NCBI GenBank assembly: GCA_964016885.1
Contig: OZ024744.1
Location: 17,608,001 to 17,672,000 of the forward strand
Length of the DNA stretch: 64,000 nucleotides
Reading direction: 5' to 3'
Source of the DNA: Eledone cirrhosa
Taxonomy: Eukaryota
Position numbers and translations under genes: made by a program. Shown piece after piece: positions 55,051 through 64,000 of the stretch. Below the pieces are notes generated by a model. The model ran no database searches, had not been told where the DNA came from, and saw only the letters and a list, made by a program, of their open reading frames with translations. The stretch's first letter is position 1; every line of letters starts with the position of its first letter.

Positions 55051-58000
55051 GTCATGAGTTGAGACAACAATGACGGCTGGAGCCTCGTAAGACAGCATTT
55101 GAGACAACATTGAATGTTGGAGCCACGTAAGAAAATAGTCGTTACCACAATGAGGGCGGGAGCCCCTTAAGACAGGAGTTGTGACAACAACCTCGGCTGG
55201 AACACCATAAGACTGGAGTTGAGACAGCAATGACATCTGGAGCCCCGTACGACAGCAGTTGCGACAACAATGACGGATGGAACCACGTAAGACAAGAGTT
55301 GAGACAACAATGGCAGCTGGATTCCCGTAACACAGGATTTGAGACAGCAATGACGGATGGAGCCACGTAAGACATGAGTTGATTCAACAATATCGGCTGG
55401 AGTCCGTAAGACAGGAGTTGAGACAACAATGACGTCTGGTGACCCGTAAGACAGGAGTTGAGACAGCAATGAGGGCTGGAGCCCCGTAAGACAAGAGTTG
55501 AGACAACAATGGCAGCTGGAGCCACGTAACACAGGAGTTGCGACAGCAATGGCGGCTGGAGCCCCGTAAGACAGGAGTTGCGACAGCAATGGCGGCTGGA
55601 GCCACGTAAGACAGGAGTTGCGACAGCAATGACGGCTGGAGCCACGTAAGACATGAGTTGAGACAGCAATGAAGGCTTCAGCCCCGTAAAACAGGAGTTG
55701 AAACAACAAATACGGCTGGAACCCCGTAAGAAATGAGTTGAGACAGCAATGATGGCTGGAGCCCCGTAAAGCAAGAGTTGAGACAACAGCGACGGCTGGA
55801 AACCTGTAAGACAGGAGTTGAGACAACAATGACGGATGGAGCCACGTAAGACAGTAGTTGAGACAGCAATAACGGCTGGAGCACCGTAAGACAGGAGTTT
55901 TGACAACAATGACGGCGGGAGACATGTAAGACAAGAGTTGAGACATCAATGGCGGTTGGAGACCCGTAAAACACGAGTTGAAACAACAATTACGGCTGGA
56001 GCCCCGTTAGACAGGATTTTAGACAACAATGACGGCTGGAGCCCCGTATGACAGGAGTTGAGACAAGAATGACGGCTGGAGCCCCGTAAACATGTGTTGA
56101 GACAAGAATGACGGCTGGAGCCCCGTAAGACTGGAGTTGAGACAACAGCGACGGCTGGAGCCCTGTAAGACTGGAGTTGAGACAACAATGACGGCTGGAG
56201 CCCCGTAAGACTGGAGTTGAGACAACAGCGACGGCTGGAGCCCCTTAAGACAGGAGTTGAGACAACAGCGACGGCTGGAGCCCCGTAAGACAGGAGTTGA
56301 GACAATAATGACGGTTGGAGCAACGTAAGACATGAGTTGAGACAGCAATGAAGGCTGCAGCCCCGTAAGGCAGAAGTTGATTCAACAATATCGGCTGGAG
56401 TCCGTAAGACAGGAGTTGAGACAACAATGACGTCTGGAGCCCCGTAAGACAGGAGTTGAGACAGCAATCAGGGCCTTAGCCCCGTAAGAAAGGAGTTGAG
56501 ACAACAATGGCAGCTGGAGCCCCGTATGACAGGAGTGGAGACAACAATGATGGCTGGAGCCCCGTAAAACAAGAGTTGAGACAACAATGATGGCTGGAAA
56601 CCTGTAAGACAGGAGTTGAGACAACAATAAAGGTTGGAGCCCCGTAAGACTGGTGTTGCGACAGCAATGACGGCTGGTGCCCCGTATGACCGGAGTTGAG
56701 ACAGCAATGATGGCTGGAGCCCCGTAAGACATGAGTAGAGTCAACAATGACGGCTGGAGCCCCTTAAGACACGAGTTGAGACGACAATGACGGTTGGAGC
56801 CTCGTAAGACAGCATTTGAGACAACATTGAAGGTTGGAGCCCCGTATGACAGGAGTTGAGACAGCAATGACGGCTGGAGCCCCGTAAGAAAGGAGTTGAG
56901 ACCACAATGAAGGCAGGAGCCCCTTTAATACAGGAGTTGTGACAACAACCACGGCTGGAACACCCTAAGACTGGAGTTGAGATAACAATGACATCTGGAG
57001 CCACGTAATACAGGAGTTGAGACAACAATGGCAGCTGGAGCCCCGTAAGACAGCTGTTGCGACAACAATGACGGATGGAGCCCCGTAAGACAGGAGTTGA
57101 GACAGCAATGATGGCTGGAGCCCCGTATGACAGGAGTTGAGACAGCAATGACGGCTAGAGCCCCGTAAGACAGGAGTTGAGACCACAATGAAGGCAGGAG
57201 CCCCTTTAATACAGGAGTTGTGACAACAACCACGGCTGGAACACCGTAAGACTGGAGTTGAGATAACAATGACATCTGGAGCCACGTAATACAGGAGTTG
57301 AGACAACAATGGCAGCTGGAGCCCCGTAAGACAGCTGTTGCGACAACAATGACGGATGGAGCCACGTAAGACAGGAGTTGAGACAACAATTACGGCTGGA
57401 TCCCCGTAAGAAACGAGTTGAAACAACAATTACGGCTGGATCCCCGTAAGACATGTGTTGAGACAACAATGACGGCTATAGCCCTGTAAGACAGGAGTTG
57501 AGACAACAATGACGGCTGGAGCCCCGTAAGACTGGAGTTGAAACAACAATGACGGATGGAACCACGTAAGTCAGGAGTTGAGACAACAGCGACGGCTGGA
57601 GCCCCGTAAGACAGGAGTTGAGACAATAATGACGGCTGGAGCGCTGTAAGACAGGAGTTCAGACAACAATGACGTTTGGAGCAACGTAAGACATGAGTTG
57701 AGACAGCAATGACGGCTGCAGCCCCGTAAGACAGAAGTTGATTCAACAATATCGGCTGGAGTCCGTAAGACAGGAGTTGAGACAACAATGACGTCTGGAG
57801 CCCCGTAAGACACGAGTTGAGACAGCAATGAGGGCCTTAGCCCCGTAAGGCAGGAGTTGAGACAACAATGGCAGCTGGAGCCCCGTATGACAGGAGTGGA
57901 GACAACAATGATGGCTGGAGCCCCGTAAAACATGAGTTGAGACAACAATGATGGCTGGAAACCTGTAAGACAGGAGTTGATACAACAATGACGGCTGGAG

Positions 58001-61000
58001 CCCTGTAAGAGAGGAGTTGAGACAACAATGACGGCTGGAACCCTGTAAGACATGAGTTGATACAACAATGACGGCTGGAGCCCTGTAAGAGAGGAGTTGA
58101 GACAACAATGACGTCTGGAGCCCCGTAAGACAGGAGTTGAGACAGCAATGACGGTTGGAGCCCTGTAGGACAGGAGTTGAGACAACAATCACGGCGGAGC
58201 TCTGAAAGACATGAGTTGAGACAGCAATGACGGCTGGAGTCCCGTAAAACAGGAGTTGAGACAGCAATGACGGCTGGAGCACCGTAAGACTGGAGCTGAG
58301 ACAGCAATGACGGCTGGAGCCCCGTAAAACTGGAGTTGAGACAGCAATGACGTCTAGAGCCCCGTAAGATAGGAGTTTAGACAACAGTGACAGCTGGAGC
58401 CCCGTAAGACAGGAGTTGAGACAGCAATGACGGCTGAAGACCCGTAAGACATGAGTTGATACAACAATGACGGCTGAAGTCCCGTAAGACTGGAGTTGAA
58501 ACAACAATGACGGATGGAGCCACGTAAGACTGGAGTTGAGACAATAATGACGGCTGGAGCCCCGTAAGAAATTAGTTGAGACCACAATGACGGCTGGAAC
58601 CTCCTTAAGACAGGAGTTGTGACAACAACCACGGCTGGAACAACGTAAGACTGAAGTTGAGACAAAAATGACATCTGAATCCACGTAAGACAGCAGTTGA
58701 GACAACAATGGTGGCTGGAGTCCCGTAAGACAGGAATTGAGACAGCAATGTGGATGGAGCACGGTAAGACATGAGTTGTTCCAACAATGACGACTTGAGC
58801 CCCGAAAGACATGAGTTGAGATAACAAATTACGGCTGGAGTCCGTAAGACAGGAGTTGAGACAACATTGAGGGCTGGAGTTCCGTAAGACACTAGTTGAC
58901 ACAACAATGGCGGTTGGAGCACCGTAAGACATCAGTTGAGACAGCAATGACGGCTGGAGATCCGTAAAACACGAGTTGAGACAACAATGGCGGTTGGAGC
59001 ACCGTAAGACATCAGTTGAGACAGCAATGACGGCTGGAGCCCCGTAAGACACTAGTTGACACAACAATGGCGGTTGGAGCACCGTAAGACATCAGTTGAG
59101 ACAACAATGACGGCTGGAGACCTGTAAGACTGGAGTGGAGACAATAATGTCTGCTGGAGCGCTGCAAGACAGGAGTTGAGACAACGATGACGGTTGGAGC
59201 AACGTAAGACATGAGTTGAGACAGCATTGAAGACTGCAGCCCCGTAAGACAGAAGTTGATTCAACAATATCGACTGGAGTCCGTAAGACAGGAGTTGAGA
59301 CAACAATGACGTCTGGAGCCCCTAAGGCAGGAGTTGAGACAGCAATGAGGGCCTTAGCCCCGTAAGACAGGAGTTGAGACAACAATGGCAGCTGGAGCCC
59401 CGTAAGACAGGAGTGGAGACAACAATGATGGCTGGAGCCCCGTAAAACAAGAGTTGAGACAACAATGACGGCTGGAAACCTGTAAGACAGGAGTTGAGAC
59501 AACAATAAAGGTTGGAGCCCCGTAAGACATGTTTTGAGACAGCAATGACGGCTGGAACCCCGTAAGACTGGAGTTGAAACAACAATGACGGCTGGAGCCC
59601 CGTATGACTGGAGTTGAGACAGCAATGACGGCTGGAACCCCGTAAGACATGAGTAGAGATAACAATGACGGCTGGATCCCTGTAAGCCAGGAGTTGAGAC
59701 AACAATGACGGGTGGAGCCCTGTAAGACAGGAGTTGAGACAGCAATGACGGCTGGAGCCCTGTAGGACAGGAGTTGAGACAACTATGAAGTCTGGAGCCC
59801 CGTAAGACACGAATTGAGACAACAATGACGGTTGGAGCCTCGTAAGACAGGAGTTGAGACAACTATGAAGTCTGGAGCTCCGTAAGATATGAGTTGTGAC
59901 AACAATGACGACTTGATCCCCGTAAGACATGAGTTGAGACAACAATGACGGCTGGAACCCTGTAAGACATGAGTTGATACAACAATGACGGCTGGAGCCC
60001 TGTAAGACTGGAGTTGAGACAACAATGACGTCTGGAGCCCCGTAAGACAGGAGTTGAGACAACAATGACGGCTGGAGCCCTGTAGGACAGGAGTTGAGAC
60101 AACAATCACGGCGGGAGCTCTGAAAGACATGAGTTGAGACAGCAATGACGGCTGGAGTCCCGTAAAACAGGAGTTGAGACAGCAATGACGGCTGGAGCAC
60201 CGTAAGACTGGAGCTGAGACAGCAATGACGGCTGGAGCCCCGTAAAACAGGAGTTGAGACAGCAATGACGGCTGGAGCACCGTAAGACTGGAGTTGAGAC
60301 AGCAATGATGGCTGGAGCCCCGTAAGACATGAGTAGAGTCAACAATGACGACTGGAGCCCCGTAAGACACGAGTTGAGACGACAATGACGGTTGGAGCCT
60401 CGTAAGACAGCATTTGAGACAACATTGAAGGTTGGAGCCCCGTATGACAGGAGTTGAGACAGCAATGACGGCTAGAGCCCCGTAAGACAGGAGTTGAGAC
60501 CACAATGAAGGCAGGAGCCCCTTTAATACAGGAGTTGTGACAACAACCACGGCTGGAACACCCTAAGACTGGAGTTGAGACAACAATGACATCTGGAGCC
60601 ACGTAATACAGGAGTTGAGACATCAATGGCAGCTGGAGCCCCGTAAGACAGCTGTTGCGACAACAATGACGGATGGAGCCACGTAAGTCAGGAGTTGAGA
60701 CAGCAATGACGGCTGGAGCCCCGTAAGACACGAGTTGAAACAACAATTACGGCTGGATCCCCGTAAGACATGTGTTGAGACAACAATGACGGCTATAGCC
60801 CTGTAAGACACGAGTTGAAACAACAATGACGGCTGGAGCCCCGTAAGACAGGAGTTGAGACAGCAATGACGGCTGGAGCCCTGTAAGACAGGAGTTGAGA
60901 CAACAATGACGGCTGGAGCCCCTTAAGACAGGAGTGGTGACATCAATCACGGCTGGAGCCCCGTAAGACAGGAGTTGATACAGCAATGACGGCTGGATTC

Positions 61001-64000
61001 CCGTAAGACATGAGTTGTGACAACAAATTACGGCTATAGCCCTGTAAGACACGAGTTGAAACAACAATGACGGCTGGAGCCCCGTAAGACATGAGTTGAG
61101 ACAACAATGACGGCTGGAACCCTGTAAGACATGAGTTGATACAACAATGACGGCTGGAGCCCTGTAAGACAGGAGTTGAGACAACAATGACGTCTGGAGC
61201 CCCGTAAGACAGGAGTTGAGACAGCAATGACGGCTGGAGCCCCGTAAGACATGAGTTGAGATAACAATGATGGGTGGAGCCCCGTAAGACATGAGTTGAT
61301 ACAACAATGACGGCTGGAGCCCTGTAAGACAGGAGTTGAGACAACAATGACGGCTTGAGCCCCGTAAAACAGGAGATGAGACAGCAATGACGTCTGGAGC
61401 CCTGTAGGACAGGAGTTGAGACAACAATCACGGTGGGAGCTCTGAAAGACATGAGTTGAGACAGCAATGACGGCTGGAGCACCGTAAGACTGGAGTTGAG
61501 ACAGCAATGACGGCTGGAGCCCCGTAAAACTGGAGCTGAGACAGCAATGACGTCTAGAGCCCCGTAAGATAGGAGTTTAGACAACAGTGATAGCTGGAGC
61601 CCCGTAAGACAGGAGTTGAGACAGCAATGACGGCTGAAGACCCGTAAGACATGAGTTGATACAACAATGACGGCTGAAGTCCCGTAAGACTGGAGTTGAA
61701 ACAACAATGACGGATGGAGCCACGTAAGACTGGAGTTGAGACAATAATGACGACTGGAGCCCCGTAAGAAATTAGTTGAGACCACAATGACGGCTGGAAC
61801 CTCCTTAAGACAGGAGTTGTGACAACAACCACGGCTGGAACAACGTAAGACTGGAGTTGAGACAACAATGACATCTGGACCCACGTAAGACAGCAGTTGA
61901 GACAACAATGGTGGCTGGAGTACCGTAAGTCAGGAGTTGAGTCAGCGATGCGGCTGGAGCACGGTAAGACATGAGTTGTGCCAACAATGACGACTTGAGC
62001 CCCGAAAGACATGAGTTGAGACAACAAATTACGGCTGGAGTCCGTAAGACAGGAGTTGAGACAACATTGAGGGCAGGAGCCCCGTAAGACACGAGTTGAC
62101 ACAACAATGGCGGTTGGAGCACCGTAAGACATCAGTTGAGACAGCAATGACGGCTGGAGACCCGTAAAACACGAGTTGATACAACAATGACGGCTGGAGA
62201 CCTGTAAGACAGGAGTTGAGACAACAATGACGGTTGGAGCCCTGTAAGACAGGTGTTGAGACAACAATGAAGGTTGGAGCCCCGTATGACAGGAGTTGAG
62301 ACAGAAATGACGGCTGGAGACACGTAAGAAAGGAGTTGAGACCTCAATGATGGCTGGAGCCCCTTAAGAGAGGAGTTGAGACAGCAATGAGGGCTGGAGC
62401 CCCGTAAGACACGAATTGTGACAACAATGAGAGCTAGAGAAACGTAAAACACGAGTTGAAACAACATTTAAGGCTGCAGCCCCGTATGATAGGGTTTTAG
62501 ACAACAATGACCGTTGGAGCCACGTAATACAGGATTTGAGACAACAATGACGGCTAGAGCCCCGTAAGACTGGAGTTGAGACAGCAATGACGGCTGGAGC
62601 CCGTAAGACAGGTGTAGAGACAACATTGACGGCTAGAGCCCTGTAAGACAGGAGTTGAGACAGCAACGACGGCTGGAGCCCCGTAATACAGGAGTTTGAA
62701 AAAGCAATGACGGCTGGAGCCCCGTAAGAGAGGAGTTGAGACAACAATCTCGGCTGGAGCTCTGTAAGACATGACTTGAGACAGCAATGACGGTTGGAAC
62801 CCCGTAAAACAGGCGTTGAGACAGCAATACGGCTGGAGCACCGTAAGATAGAATTTGTGACAACAATAACGGCAGGAGCCCCAGAAGACAGGAGTTGAGG
62901 CAACAATGACGGGTGGAGCACCGTAAGACTGGAGTTGAGACAACTATGAAGTCTGGAGCCACGTAAGACAGGATTTGAGACAACAATGACTGCTGGAACC
63001 CCGTAAGAATGGTGTTAAGACAACAATGACGGCTGAAGTCCTGTAAGACTGGCGTTGAAAGAACAATGATGGATGGAGCCATGTAAAACAGGAGTTGAGA
63101 CAATAATGACGGCTGCAGCCCCGTAAGAAAGGAGTTGAGACCTCAATGACGGCTGGAACCCCCTTAAGACAGGAGTTGTGACAACAACCACGGCTGGAAG
63201 CCCGTAAGACTGGAGTTGAGACAACAATGACATCTGGAGCCACGTAAGACAGGAGTTGAGACAACAATGGCGGCTGGTGCCCCATAAGACAGGAGTTGAG
63301 ACAGCAATCACGGCTGGAGCCCTGTAAGACAGGAGTTGAGACAACAAATTGCGGCTGGAGTCCATAAGACAGGAGTTGAGACAGCAATGACGGCAGGAGC
63401 TCCGTAACACATGAGTTGAGACAACAGTGACGGCTGGAGCCCCGTAAGACTGCAGTGGAGACAACAATGACGGCTGGAGCCCCGTAAGACAGGAGTTGAG
63501 ACAACAATGACGGCTGGAACCCCGTAAGACAGGAGTTGAGACAACAATGACGGCTGGAGCTCCGTAACACAGGAGTTGAGACAACAGCGACAGCTGGAGC
63601 CCGCAAGACAGGAGTTGAGACAACAATGACGGCTGGAGCCCCGTAAGACAGGAGTTGAGACAACAATGACGGCTGGAGCCCCTTAAGACAGGAGTGGTGA
63701 CATCAACCACGGCTGGAGCCCCGTAAGACTGGAGTTGAGACAACAATGACGTCTGGACCTACGTAAGACAGGCGTTGAGACAACAATGACGGCTGGAGCC
63801 ACGTAAGACAGGAGTTGAGACAACAATGACGGCTGGAGCCCCGTAAGACATTAGTTGAGACAACAATGACGGCTGGAACCCCGTAACACAGGAGTTGAGA
63901 CAACAACGACGGCTGGAGCCACGTAAGACAGGAGTTGAGACAACAACGACGGCTGGAGCTCCGTAAGACATTAGTTGAGACAACAATGACGGCTGGAGCC
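55051..64000. repeat. Domain 3 of the 40-bp satellite: sub-family with irregular, more diverged higher-order repeats
   Basis: Diagnostic variants GTTGATTCAACAATATCG (about 55378, 56377, 57737, 59255), GGGCCTTAGCCC (about 56471, 57832, 59349), CCCTTTAATACAGG (about 56921, 57202, 60519) and GACATCTGGAGCCACG. I did not see these in domains 1-2. Confidence 0.8.

Larger units (their letters stand above)
2106..64000. repeat. 40-bp satellite DNA array, about 1,550 head-to-tail monomers in one orientation, continuing past the right edge
   Basis: Consensus GACAGGAGTTGAGACAACAATGACGGCTGGAGCCCCGTAA (13 A, 13 G, 9 C, 5 T). The 40-bp period is visible in the printed columns throughout and is broken only by small indels. 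I saw no unique sequence or inversion. Confidence 0.99.

Noticed and set aside
2106-64000. CRISPR array (unit size and a GTTGAGAC/GTTGAAAC motif resembling some CRISPR repeat ends)
   Set aside because: There are no unique spacers, no leader and no cas genes; monomers are directly head-to-tail and vary at all positions.
2106-64000. Transcription-factor motifs in the monomer (AACAATG Sox/HMG-like, TGACG CRE half-site, TGTCTC AuxRE on the minus strand)
   Set aside because: Motifs of 5-7 bp are expected by chance in any 40-mer, the host taxon is unknown, and common variants (CAGCAAT, TGATGG) destroy them.
2106-64000. Immunoglobulin switch region, telomeric repeat, or integron attC array
   Set aside because: The consensus lacks dense GAGCT/GGGGT pentamers and TTAGGG-type units, has no GTTRRRY core with inverse core, and there are no cassette ORFs.
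1-64000. Transposon, tRNA or rRNA sequence embedded in the arrays
   Set aside because: Reading through the window I found no non-repeat segment; the largest deviations are the 26-bp truncated monomers, which derive from the 40-mer.

Overview
The window is entirely non-coding tandem-repeat (satellite/minisatellite) DNA, most likely from a eukaryotic genome; I cannot name the taxon or the satellite family. Two arrays abut with no spacer. The first is a 46-bp array at 1-2105 (about 46 units, consensus GACATTGACGACAGGTTGATACTCATTGCTGACCTGTACACCATCA). The second is a 40-bp array at 2106-64000 (about 1,550 units, consensus GACAGGAGTTGAGACAACAATGACGGCTGGAGCCCCGTAA, 55% GC, purine-rich + strand), all in one orientation, with no transposon or unique insert that I could see. 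The minus-strand ORFs are explained by the repeat: that strand of the 40-mer has no stop codon, and 40 mod 3 = 1, so all three frames give the same 40-aa cycle. I found no credible gene, RNA gene, CRISPR array or mobile element. The informative signal is architectural. The 40-bp array falls into three domains defined by diagnostic variants (about 2.1-24.1, 24.1-55.0 and 55.0-64 kb). It contains nested higher-order repeats and multi-kb duplications (offsets 281, 558, 1320, 2359/2519, 3102, 3396, 3505/3746, 4585, 9026 and 11545 bp). The middle domain has a young homogeneous core flanked on both sides by related older sequence, resembling layered satellite expansion. CpG-deamination-type variants are common, and a TATAAAA-bearing monomer variant is confined to the middle domain. 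Offsets were derived by eye from landmark variants and from the ORF track, so boundaries are approximate.
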